Source: Vulcanimicrobiales bacterium (lineage in GTDB: Bacteria; Vulcanimicrobiota; Vulcanimicrobiia; Vulcanimicrobiales; Vulcanimicrobiaceae). From it: a stretch of 64,000 bases of DNA. The notes under the pieces are model-generated. The model was not told the origin of the DNA and did no database searches. It saw only the letters and a program-made list of their open reading frames with translations. This document shows, piece after piece, positions 1-9,663 of the stretch (position 1 is the stretch's first letter; each line of letters begins with the position of its first letter). The position numbers and the translations under genes are program-made. The stretch spans positions 352,001 to 416,000 of the forward strand of contig JBBRLI010000001.1 in assembly GCA_038231455.1 (NCBI GenBank), read 5' to 3'.

Positions 1-2
1 TT

Positions 3-398
3 GCGCTCGATGACAAAACGCCGACCGTCAAAGCACACGTGGGCAGCGCGCTCGCGCGTCTGATGGTCGATACCGGGTCGAATCGGACGCTCGTCTTCGC
101 GAATTTCGCCGACCGCGCCGATCTTGCGAGCGAGCGAATCGCCGCAACGACGCGGTTTCGCGGGGTCGGGGGCACGGGCAACGGCGAGATGACGCGCCTG
201 CATAACTTCGAATTTGCGAACGTCGCGTTCACCGATACGCCCGTCGAAATTTCGACCGACGACTTTGCAAGTGAAGACCTCGATGGCGTTTTCGGCGCCG
301 ATCTGCTCAAAAATTACGACGTCTACTTCAACTACCCGGCATCGCTCGTGCACGTACGCCGCGCGCGACGCCTTCCAATCGTGGCGCTGATGAAATGA
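3..398 (+). CDS. Retropepsin-like aspartyl protease (5' truncated by window edge)
   Basis: LMVDTGS catalytic motif and DGVFGADLL (GxLGxD-like) motif; frame open from position 3. Confidence 0.75.
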   Translation, partial: ALDDKTPTVKAHVGSALARLMVDTGSNRTLVFANFADRADLASERIAATTRFRGVGGTGNGEMTRLHNFEFANVAFTDTPVEISTDDFASEDLDGVFGADLLKNYDVYFNYPASLVHVRRARRLPIVALMK

Positions 399-411
399 GC
401 CTGCTTGCGCG

Positions 412-1275
412 TTAGCGCAAGTCTAAAATCGTTGCGATATTGGCTTTCTTGCTGACTTTCGGAACGATCTTTCCGGTGGCCGAGGTGGCAAGTGACGTCA
501 GGCCCGGGCCGTGACCGGCGACGAGCGAATTGCCGTGCGCGACGATGCCGATGCTGATCGCGCCCGTCCGGTAGATCCGGCCGAAGCTATGGTCGGCATC
601 TTCGATCGCGACGATGTCTCCGAAACGCAGGTCGTTTAAACCGTACTTCTCGACGGTCACCGGATCGAACGATTGGATGTCGTAGTCGCCGCGCATGACC
701 GTATTGCGGCCCAGGCCCGAGCCCATGATCGAAGCCGGGACGATCTTTGCAACGTTGCAGTGGAGCGTGCCGTCCTCGAATGTCGCGTCCCACTTTTCCA
801 GAAACTCGGGGTCGAGATTGAAGAGCTTGATGTCGCCTGCATCTTCGATCTCAAGTCCGATACCGAAGGCGCGAATCGAGAGCTTGTCGCCAAGTTGCAG
901 TTTCTCGAGTACCTTGGATTTGAAATCGACCATCACGTGCTCGATGCCGCCGTGTTTGCCGGTGACCGTGCCGGTCTCGCCTTTGGCCTCGCCGCTCATG
1001 ACCGTCACGGGATTTCCGATGCATGCAAGGACGTTGTAGCCGACGTTGACCTTATCATCGGGGTGGCGTGAAGAGACCGCCGGTTCGATGTGATCGCCGA
1101 CCCAACCGAACGCGGAATCGCCCACCCGTACGTTGAGGCAAATGCCGCCCACGCTCGGGATCACGAGCGGTCGGCCGTCGTGGGTGATCTCGTAGATTCC
1201 CGAGGGGATCGAGGGTGGCGCGACCTCGCCCGAGAGGGTCATCGCAACGAGTTTGTCCCGGTTGGTGTTCATCAT
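412..1275 (-). CDS. DUF4438 family protein
   Basis: Start trimmed to MMNTNRDKLV; GGICLNVRVGD, DHIEPAVS, GKHGGIEH, GDYDIQ and AGHGPG motifs as recalled for DUF4438. Confidence 0.75.
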   Translation of the reverse strand: MMNTNRDKLVAMTLSGEVAPPSIPSGIYEITHDGRPLVIPSVGGICLNVRVGDSAFGWVGDHIEPAVSSRHPDDKVNVGYNVLACIGNPVTVMSGEAKGETGTVTGKHGGIEHVMVDFKSKVLEKLQLGDKLSIRAFGIGLEIEDAGDIKLFNLDPEFLEKWDATFEDGTLHCNVAKIVPASIMGSGLGRNTVMRGDYDIQSFDPVTVEKYGLNDLRFGDIVAIEDADHSFGRIYRTGAISIGIVAHGNSLVAGHGPGLTSLATSATGKIVPKVSKKANIATILDLR

Positions 1276-1276
1276 C

Positions 1277-1304
1277 GAGGCCCGCCGTTCGCGTCGCGGG
1301 CCTC
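1277..1304. repeat. Perfect 9-bp inverted repeat in the divergent DUF4438/queD intergenic region
   Basis: GAGGCCCGC-N10-GCGGGCCTC. Confidence 0.6.
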
Positions 1305-1332
1305 CAGTCCCCCGCGCGGGAAGAGGTAGTTC

Positions 1333-1734
1333 GTGCTCATTCGCAAGCAGTTCAAATTTGAAGCCGCACACGTGCTGCCGTACCATCCCGGCAAGTGCGC
1401 GCGGCTGCATGGGCATTCGTATCGCCTCGACGTCTCAGTCGACGGTCCGCTCCAAGATGTCGGTCCGGCCCGCGGCATGATCGAGGACTTCGATACGCTA
1501 AAAACCGTCGTGACGGAGACCGTGATCGAGCCGCTCGACCACCGCTCGCTCAATGAGATCATCGACAATCCGACGGCCGAGCGTATCGTACTGTGGATTT
1601 GGCAACGTCTTGCGCCCCGGCTTAGCGGCCTCGTCGAGCTGACGCTGTGGGAAACCCAGACGGCGTGCGCGGTCCTTAAGCGCGGCGATGCACTCACCAC
1701 CGCGCAAGTGAATCTCGATGCTGCAGCTCGCTGA
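1333..1734 (+). CDS. queD: 6-carboxy-5,6,7,8-tetrahydropterin synthase
   Basis: FEAAH, CARLHGHSY, LDHRSLN, NPTAE and LWET motifs; upstream of queE. Confidence 0.92.
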   Translation: MLIRKQFKFEAAHVLPYHPGKCARLHGHSYRLDVSVDGPLQDVGPARGMIEDFDTLKTVVTETVIEPLDHRSLNEIIDNPTAERIVLWIWQRLAPRLSGLVELTLWETQTACAVLKRGDALTTAQVNLDAAAR

Positions 1735-2293
1735 GATTTTCTACAGCGTGCAAGGTGAAGGCACGTTCGTCGGAACGCCGGCGGTTTTCGTGCGGCTCGC
1801 GGGCTGCAATCTTGCGTGTTCGTTTTGCGACACCGACTATGCGGTGAAGTTTTTCGACGATGTCGCGGGCGTGGTTGCACGCGTGCGCTCCCTCGGCGGC
1901 GACTGCCCGATGATCGTGATCACCGGCGGCGAACCGCTCGCACAGCGCGAGACGCTCGCACTGATCGATGCGCTGCGAGCCGATGGACGCCGCGTGCACA
2001 TCGAGTCCAACGGCACGATCCCCGTCGAGTTGCCGAGCGACGTGTGGCTCTGCGTGTCGCCCAAAGAGCGGCTTCATCCGCAGATGGCTGCGCGCGCCAA
2101 CGAAGCAAAGTTGATCGTCGATGGCCGCGTGCCGGAGGAATGGGCCGCGCAGTTCGGGCCCGGTACCGCACTCTTCTTACAACCCGAGGGCAATAAGCCG
2201 CCAAACGTCGCACTTGCGATGGCGAGTGCACAGGCGCAGCCGACGCGTTACCGCATCTCGCTGCAGACGCATAAGTTCATCGGGATTCGCTAA
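1718..2293 (+). CDS. queE: 7-carboxy-7-deazaguanine synthase (radical SAM)
   Basis: EIFYSVQGEG, CNLACSFCDT (CxxxCxxC), TGGEP, SPK, LQP, SLQTHK. Confidence 0.93.
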   Translation: MLQLAEIFYSVQGEGTFVGTPAVFVRLAGCNLACSFCDTDYAVKFFDDVAGVVARVRSLGGDCPMIVITGGEPLAQRETLALIDALRADGRRVHIESNGTIPVELPSDVWLCVSPKERLHPQMAARANEAKLIVDGRVPEEWAAQFGPGTALFLQPEGNKPPNVALAMASAQAQPTRYRISLQTHKFIGIR

Positions 2294-2914
2294 ATGGTCT
2301 TGATCGTGTGCGCGCTGCGCGAAGAACTCACCTCATTCGAAGATCGGCCATACGTCACCGTGATGCAAAGCGGCATCGGTCCGGTCGAATCGGCGATTGC
2401 AACGGCACGCGCACTTGCCGCAACGCGGTTTACCCTCGTTATCAATGCCGGGATCGCGGGCGGATTCCGCGATCATGTGGCCGTTGGTGATTCCGTCGCT
2501 GTCGTCGAAGAATATTACGTTGAGATCGGACGTGAGGACGGGATTGCGCTCGATCTCCCCAATGGCGCGCTGCTCGATAACAAAGCGATCAGCGATCCGC
2601 GACTGCTCTCGCCCTTTAAAGAGGGCCTACTCGGCTCGCACCTCGGCAACGGCGTTACCTCGGCGACCGTTACCACAAGCGATGCGCGCGCAGCGTTGCT
2701 TACGAAAAAATTCGACCCGATGGTCGAATCGATGGAAGGCTTCGCCGTCTTACGAGCGGCTCGCCGAGCGGGCGTTCCTGCGATCGAGCTGCGCGGCATT
2801 TCGAACCTCGTCGGCGATCGAGCGTCAAATGGATGGGATTTCTACGCGGGAAGTACGGCTGCCGTGCGCGCGGTGGATGCCTTTCTCGATAATCTCGACT
2901 TAGGATTTGCATAA
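2294..2914 (+). CDS. mqnB: Futalosine hydrolase (PNP/MTA nucleosidase fold)
   Basis: GIGPVESA, NAGIAGGF, ESMEG, ELRGISN..GDR..WD; directly abuts mqnD. Confidence 0.85.
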   Translation: MVLIVCALREELTSFEDRPYVTVMQSGIGPVESAIATARALAATRFTLVINAGIAGGFRDHVAVGDSVAVVEEYYVEIGREDGIALDLPNGALLDNKAISDPRLLSPFKEGLLGSHLGNGVTSATVTTSDARAALLTKKFDPMVESMEGFAVLRAARRAGVPAIELRGISNLVGDRASNGWDFYAGSTAAVRAVDAFLDNLDLGFA

Positions 2915-3763
2915 GTGACCTACGATCTGGCGTACTCGCCGTGTCCGAACGACACGTATATTTTCGCCGCGCTTACCAACGGACTGTTGCCCGGTGCACC
3001 GCACGTTGAGGTGATACTCGATGATGTCGAAGCGCTGAACGTGGCCGCGAAAGAACGCCGCCACGCACTCACCAAAGTGAGTTACGGAGCGATTCCGTAT
3101 CTGCTGGGTGGCTATCGTATTTTGCGCGCAGGCGGGGCGCTGGGACGCGGTTGCGGGCCGCTGCTGATTGCGAAGCCCACGCAAAGCGGCGACGCGCCGG
3201 CGCTCGATTCGTTCTCAGCCGATGCGGTGTTCGCAATCCCAGGTCGCATGACGACGGCGTATCTCTTACTGCGCCTGGCGCTCGGGCGCGAACCGAAGAT
3301 CGTGGAGATGCGCTTCGACACGATTGTCGATGCCCTCAAAACGGGTGCGGTCGACGCCGGCTTGATCATCCACGAATCACGATTCACCTACCAGCGAACG
3401 GGCCTTGTCTCGGTGGTCGACCTCGGCGACTGGTGGGAGCAAACGACGGGTCACGCAATTCCGCTTGGAGCGATTCTGGCGCGCCGCGATCTCGACGATG
3501 CCGAGGCAAAGCACGTCAACGATGCCATCCGCGAGAGCCTGGCACTTGCTCGCCGCGATGAATCCAAGATCATCGACTACGTGCGCGAACATGCCTTCGA
3601 GATGGAAGACGATGTGATGCGCAAGCACATCGGCCTCTACGTTAACGAGTATAGCGACGATCTGGGCGACGTCGGCGTGGCAGCAATCGACGATCTCTTT
3701 GCACGCGCTCACGCCGCCGGGTATATCCCGGAAAACAAACCGGAGTTCGTCCCCGCAAGCTAA
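2915..3763 (+). CDS. mqnD: 1,4-dihydroxy-6-naphthoate synthase
   Basis: SPCPNDTYIF, DVEALN, GGALGRGCGP, IIHESRFTY, DLGDWWE, HIGLYVNEYS. Confidence 0.93.
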   Translation: MTYDLAYSPCPNDTYIFAALTNGLLPGAPHVEVILDDVEALNVAAKERRHALTKVSYGAIPYLLGGYRILRAGGALGRGCGPLLIAKPTQSGDAPALDSFSADAVFAIPGRMTTAYLLLRLALGREPKIVEMRFDTIVDALKTGAVDAGLIIHESRFTYQRTGLVSVVDLGDWWEQTTGHAIPLGAILARRDLDDAEAKHVNDAIRESLALARRDESKIIDYVREHAFEMEDDVMRKHIGLYVNEYSDDLGDVGVAAIDDLFARAHAAGYIPENKPEFVPAS

Positions 3764-3805
3764 ATACGGGAACCTTCGCGACTCTCGCGCGCTCTGGCTA
3801 CTGTC

Positions 3806-5029
3806 ATGATCGCCACTCGCGCCGAAGCCCTCGAACGACTTGCCGCTTTCGTCCCGCACGCGGGGCGGACGTACGCCGCCACCCGCAACGAAGATCGCGG
3901 TCCGGATGACCGCAGCAACGTGTCCGTCCTTTCACCGTACGTGCGCGCGCGCCTCATAACCGAAGACGAGATCCTGCGCGCCGTTCTCGCGCGACACTCG
4001 CTCTCGGGGGCGGAAAAATTCGTGCAAGAAGTGCTGTGGCGAACTTATTGGAAAGGCTGGCTCGAATCGCGGCCGCTGGTGTGGACGCACTACCGCCGCG
4101 ATCTCGACGCGCACTACGCGCGCCTGGAGCGCGAACCCGATCGCGCACGCATGCACGCCGAGGCGATCGAAGGCCGCACGGGGATCCCGGCGTTCGATAC
4201 CTGGACGCGCGAACTCATCGAACGCGGCTATTTGCATAACCACGCCCGCATGTGGTACGCAAGTATCTGGATGTTCACGCTGCAACTACCGTGGGAACTT
4301 GGTGCGGACTTTTTCATGCAGCATTTACTCGATGGCGACCCAGCCTCGAATACGCTCTCCTGGCGCTGGGTCGCAGGACTGCAAACGCGCGGAAAGACGT
4401 ATCTTGCAACTGCCGGGAACATCACTCGCTACACCAGCGGCCGCCTCACGGTCGGCACGCGCCTCGCAAAAGACGCACACGCAATCGACGGCCCCGCCTA
4501 TTCGCCCGGCAAGTTGCCGAATCTGATTGCCTCGCCCAGATCGAGCGAGCGCGCGCTGCTCGTCTTGCACGATGACGACGCGGGCGTCGATACGCTGGAT
4601 TTTGCGGGGGTCGACATCGTCGGATCGATCGGATTCTGCGCCGCCTCGGAGCGCTCGCCCAAATCGGTCTCGCATGACGTCGCAACGTTCGCTTCTGCGG
4701 CGGTTGTCGATGCGCTCGGGCGTGCGCCGCATGCGAACGCAGCATACGTCCTTGCATCCGCTGACCTCGATGCGGCCGCGAGTGCCATTCTTGCTGCAGC
4801 GAGCGAAAGCGGCGCTACGCAAATCGTGTTGCCGTACATGCCCATCGGTCCGGTACGTGACGCGTTTACCGCGATGAAGCCGAAATTCGATGCGGCAGCC
4901 CTTGGAGTAATCGAAATTGGTCGCAGGTTCGATGCGGCGGTCTGGCCGTACGCAACGCGCGGTTTCTTCAACCTCAAAGACAAGATTCCAAGCGTCCTTG
5001 AAACGCTTGGGATCCGGCAACAACGTTAA
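3806..5029 (+). CDS. Short photolyase with N-terminal FAD-binding domain (NewPHL-like)
   Basis: VSVLSPY, KFVQEVLWRTYW, GYLHNHARM, LLDGDPASNTLSWRWVAG all lie in the N-terminal half; 407 aa; C-terminal alpha/beta region ends WPYATRGFF. Confidence 0.85.
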   Translation: MIATRAEALERLAAFVPHAGRTYAATRNEDRGPDDRSNVSVLSPYVRARLITEDEILRAVLARHSLSGAEKFVQEVLWRTYWKGWLESRPLVWTHYRRDLDAHYARLEREPDRARMHAEAIEGRTGIPAFDTWTRELIERGYLHNHARMWYASIWMFTLQLPWELGADFFMQHLLDGDPASNTLSWRWVAGLQTRGKTYLATAGNITRYTSGRLTVGTRLAKDAHAIDGPAYSPGKLPNLIASPRSSERALLVLHDDDAGVDTLDFAGVDIVGSIGFCAASERSPKSVSHDVATFASAAVVDALGRAPHANAAYVLASADLDAAASAILAAASESGATQIVLPYMPIGPVRDAFTAMKPKFDAAALGVIEIGRRFDAAVWPYATRGFFNLKDKIPSVLETLGIRQQR

Positions 5030-5038
5030 ACGGTTCCG

Positions 5039-8000
5039 CTACGATTTCGGTTTCGCGCGTTCGAACTCGATCGTCTTTTGATAGAACCCCACCGCGGGGG
5101 CAAAGTTGAAGCTCGGGATATCGGCACCCGAAAGGCCGCGCGAGCGAAGCTCCCCGCTCGAGACGAATGGCATATCGAGACAATCTTCAAGCTTCGAAGA
5201 AAAACCCCGATCGTCGGCACGCAATTCGAGCCACGTTTCGGATTTTGCTATGTGCGCGGAAATAGCAAAGCCATCGGGTGTCGATGGATGACGCCCTTCA
5301 TAAAACGCATCCACGTAGCGCCGAAGCGCAGTCGCCGCTTCCTGAACGACCTGGCGAGAACGTGGCGGACACGCCGTCTCTACAACCGTGAATCGGTCAT
5401 CGCCTTTGCGGCTTGAAAATCCGGGCTTCCAACTTCGCGTATACTTGGTATCGTCGTTGAGCGGCTCGGGTGCAAAATAAAGTCCCACTTGCTCCGCGTA
5501 GTAGAGTCGAAAGCCTGCGCTCCGATCCTCACGCTCGCGCCACCCCGGGGAGTAGATGCCAAGTTTCCGAGCCTTGTCGATCGTATCATCGTGAAGACGA
5601 CTGCAGTCTGAAGAACGGGCCGAACGAACGCGCTCGCCGGAACGGAAACGACAGTTCGAATGCCGGCGATGGTCCCGAGCTGACCGCTCGAATCGTAAGG
5701 GCTTCATACTGCAGTGGGGCGATTTCGCGCGGATCCTGCCCTTTCGTAACTGCGGAAAGCGCGGACTTAACATACGCGTCAACAGCCTCCTCATACGACT
5801 TTGCCACCGTGAGTTTTTCCGGGCTGCACTCCGGCGTGTCCGTCCGCGGAGCAAGCCACCCGTTTGCCGGACGCGATTCGAATTCGAGCGGTTGGTACGA
5901 AAAGCCGCCGCTAAAAAACCCGGCTGAGAGATTGTCCGCACGATCGATATTCTGCCGACCGAGAGCCAGACGCATCGTGACTCCATAGGTGCGCGGCAAG
6001 AAGGGTTGTGCCAGCGTCGGGAACGAGGCAAATCCGGTAAATGGATCGCCATGGACGTTTCCGATGTTTTGGACGGACGCAACGATATCTGCAGCATTTA
6101 CGCGTACGCGCACGCCCGCGTCCAGGTCGAGGATCGGCCGCGAGCCATACGGGTTATTGGCGCCAAGGCCGCGCGCGTTGACCAAGAGCGTCGTTGCGCG
6201 ACTCACGGCTGTCTTGGCTTGCAGGGAATACTGTACCATCGGTCTTCCCGGCAACTGATCGCCGGGTATAAGATTCGAACCGGGAGCGAATAGCACGCTC
6301 GAACCGAATGCACGCGCACGAGCGAGTGAATAAGAAACGCTGAGGTTGGCATGCGGCGTAAGGTCGAACCGGGCATTGACGTTCAGTCCGTCGCTTAACT
6401 GACTGCCGACGTTCGCACTCGTTGTAAAGTATGCGTTCTGCCCGCTCAACAGGAACGAGTTGCCGCATTCAAGCGAGGCAATTTGCCCCGCCCGCGCGTA
6501 AAAACCAGGCGATAGCGGGAGTGACGAGAGAGCGCTCCCGGGGAGCGCTGCCGAAACGTTGGCGTTTGTCGCGTTATTTCGAAAAGCGTCGACGCTGAGG
6601 GAATAGCCGTCTCCGACGTGATTGAAGCTCGTTCGAAGATTGGACGCCGACCCCGTCGCGCTAGCAAACGAGGGGCCACCGATGAGCGCACGGTCGCCAT
6701 TGCAGTCGGGCTGGACGGTCTCCGCCAGGGAGGTGCCGTTGAACGACACGGTTTTTGAGGGCAACGTCCCGTTAGCGTACATCGCGCGAATCGAATCGCG
6801 CTTGGTGAGCTGGTAGTTCGTCTCACCTCCGAGAATCGGCTGCGTCGATCCATAGCCGCTGTTAACGCCTCCCTGGAGAGAGATGTTGAAACGCCGACGA
6901 GAAAGTACCGGCACCGCAAGGTTCACCGATGACAGCGATGTTGCCGGTAGCGGAATCGGCCCTCGCTGTGCGGCTGCGCCGAGAATCGTGGTCGCATCAT
7001 GGGTGGACTGAATGGTAAGCGTCGCACTATGCTGCTGCGTAATCGGGAAGGCAAGCGAAGCGGTAAAACCGATGCGATCGGCGACCGTGCTACCGGCAGC
7101 CCCGCCAATCGATACGCCTTCGATGGTCTGAGCGCCGTTATCAAAGCCGTTTGTCGACCGCGACGCGAAAACGTGCACTTCGGCGTTCGCACGGTCGAGT
7201 GTAAGTTGATCGCGATACTGCGCGAATTCGACGATATTCGTCGAACCGCTCCCGGGACCATAGCCACAGGGAAGCGGACCGCTTCGAAACGTGCAGACGA
7301 GCGGATCACGTTTTTCGATGCGCCCGTAGTCGAGCAGCCCAACGTGATTTGCATCGAAGCCATAACGAATCGTTGCGAAGTCCGTTGTATTTTGACTCGT
7401 CGTTGCATGTGTATAAAAATCGCCGCTCGTATCGAGGAACGCACGCCCGTCGATTTGACTCGCGGCATCACTTACGGAATGCGTCACGGCAACTCCCAGG
7501 CGACCGGCTGTCCCGCGCAGTTGGACGCTCGACGCGACGCTGCCGAACGAGGCCCCCCGCTCTTTAGCAATGCCGCCCCAGTCGATTGTCGGGTCGTACG
7601 ACTGAAAATTGAGCGTGCCACCGGGCGCACCAACCGCTCCGGCATTGACGCCGGCTGACGAAAATGCGTCGCTATTGAAAAGTCCCAACTGGGTTGCCGT
7701 ACCGCTAGCGAAGATCGGCGAGCCGTTGATCGTCGCTGCCGTTTGTCCGGCGCCTTGATTGTTTATCGTCAAGGCGCCGAACCCGTCGTTTCCAATGCTC
7801 GGCACCGAGCTGAGTGCTGATCCCACATTGCTAGCAATCTGCGCAGCGCTGTCTTGATCGTTGACGGCGCGTGCGCCACTCGGGGGAGGCGAAGACTTGG
7901 CGCGTACGCTTCCGATACGACGCAGCCCCGTGCGCGTGCCGACGACGGTCACGGCCTGCGTTTCGCCGGCGCGCACGGTCAAAACGTACTCACGCGTGAA

Positions 8001-8318
8001 TTTGAAATCTGCTGCCGAGACGTGGATCCCGTAGACACCCGGCGCGACGCCGGCGAAGTCGATACTGCCGTCCTTGTTTGCTATCCCGTCATACACGCGG
8101 TCGTCACTAACGATTTTGACCAGCGCGCGCGGCACGGATTGCTTTGCAACGTCCTCGACGACGAGAACGTGAACGTTCCCACTCGCAAGGGCCATCGGGG
8201 CATCTGCGGCGTCGGCCCGCACGACTGAACTTAGCGCGAGGAGAACCGCGAGCGACCAGACCAGACATGCCGAGAAAACCGTGCGCATTACCCACCCGTA
8301 AGAACGTCTTGCAGCCAT
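5039..8318 (-). pseudogene. TonB-dependent receptor-like outer membrane protein with carboxypeptidase-regulatory N-domain and tandem C-terminal extension; frameshift near 5606-5609
   Basis: Signal peptide, GVAPGVYGIHV N-domain, LRRIGSV linker, plug-like region, amphipathic strands ending PRTYGVTMRL; protein-like reading continues in another frame to a stop at 5039. Confidence 0.7.
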
Positions 8319-8402
8319 TTCTCTTAGAGATGCCGCGGAGCATGTCCGCTGTTGGTAACAGAGGCAAGCGGGAATGTCGCCCGCGCGAATGAAGCGCGCG
8401 AC

Positions 8403-9620
8403 ATGCGCTGTTTTGTCCTCGCACTGTTCCTTGCCTTAACGTGTCTCTCACCGGCAATCGCGATGCCGCTCCCGCCCGCCAAGGTCACGCTCGGTGATGA
8501 TGTCTTTCTTAAAGAGACCTGGCACGACCTGAAAGGGCGCTGCATTGGGATCGTTACCAATCAAAGCGGCGTAACGGGGCAGCAAGAGTCGATCGTTGAT
8601 GCGGTCCGGCGCAATCCCAATATCTGCGTGAAGGCGCTCTATTCGCCGGAGCACGGCTTGCGCGGCGATCAACCTGCGGGGGCTTACGTCGCTTCGTATA
8701 CCGATCCGCGCTCCGGATTACCCGTGTATAGTCTTTACGGGAAGACGCGGCATCCGAGCGCCGCGATGCTCGCCGGTGTGGACGTGCTCGTTTTCGATAT
8801 TCAGGACGTCGGTAATCGCGCGTATACGTACATCTCGACGATGGCGTACATCATGCAGTCGGCCAAAGAATTCGGCAAAGAAGTCTGGATCCTCGACCGG
8901 CCCAATCCCATCGGCGGCGAGCTCGTCGAAGGTCCGGTCCTCGATCCCAAATTCTCGTCGTTTATCGGTTTGTATCCGATTGCGATGCGTCACGGCATGA
9001 CCGTCGGTGAACTTGCAAAGTTGTTCAACGACCGCTTCGCGATCGGCGCGAACCTCCGCGTGATTGCGATGCGTGGCTGGAATCGCGGCATGACCTGGAG
9101 CGATACCGGCCTTTCATGGGTGCAGACCTCGCCGTACATCCCCGAGTGGGAAACGACGCTCGTCTATCCCGCAACGGGGTTAATCGACAACGCGGGCATC
9201 AACAACGGCACCGGTTTCACCAAGCCGTTCAAGCTCGCGGGCGCGTACGGCTTCGACGGCTATAAATATGCCGACTATCTCAACGCGCGCGCGATTCCCG
9301 GCGTGCATTTCCGGCCGGCATCGTGGTCGCCGATCTCGGGCTTTTGGGCCGGCAAGACGCTCTCCGGCGTCGAGCTAGTCGTCTTCGATCCGCACGCCTT
9401 CGAGAGCGTACGCACGGCCGTCGAATTGCTCGTCGCCGCACGCGCGCTCTCCCCGGGAATCATTCAAGTGAAGGAAACGCGCCCGCTCGACATCGATTGG
9501 GGCACCGATTCGCTGCGACTCGGTCTGCTACGCGGCGAGAGTGTTGAACAGATCGAAGCTGCATGGGAACCCGGCATCGCGGCATTCCGCGCGCTCCGCG
9601 CGAAGTATCTCTTGTACTAA
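8403..9620 (+). CDS. namZ: Exo-beta-N-acetylmuramidase NamZ (DUF1343)
   Basis: Signal peptide; IVTNQSG, SPEHGLRG, YSLYG, FDIQDVGNRAYTY, LDRPNPIGG, HGMTVGELA. Confidence 0.9.
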   Translation: MRCFVLALFLALTCLSPAIAMPLPPAKVTLGDDVFLKETWHDLKGRCIGIVTNQSGVTGQQESIVDAVRRNPNICVKALYSPEHGLRGDQPAGAYVASYTDPRSGLPVYSLYGKTRHPSAAMLAGVDVLVFDIQDVGNRAYTYISTMAYIMQSAKEFGKEVWILDRPNPIGGELVEGPVLDPKFSSFIGLYPIAMRHGMTVGELAKLFNDRFAIGANLRVIAMRGWNRGMTWSDTGLSWVQTSPYIPEWETTLVYPATGLIDNAGINNGTGFTKPFKLAGAYGFDGYKYADYLNARAIPGVHFRPASWSPISGFWAGKTLSGVELVVFDPHAFESVRTAVELLVAARALSPGIIQVKETRPLDIDWGTDSLRLGLLRGESVEQIEAAWEPGIAAFRALRAKYLLY

Positions 9621-9663
9621 GCTTTCCTGCGGGCACGGCGGCCGGTGCGTCGAATTGCTCGAC

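Noticed and set aside
1276-1332. preQ1 riboswitch upstream of queD
   Set aside because: No A-rich 3' tail or recognisable preQ1 loop consensus; only a GC hairpin
1333-2293. queD/queE as part of a Dpd 7-deazaguanine DNA-modification defence island
   Set aside because: No dpdA/tgt-like, dpdB/C, folE or queC nearby; the context is housekeeping
5610-6097. N-terminal half of the 352-aa ORF 5039-6097 as an independent gene
   Set aside because: Low-complexity Arg/Ser-rich off-frame reading of the receptor gene; only the part below ~5606 looks coding
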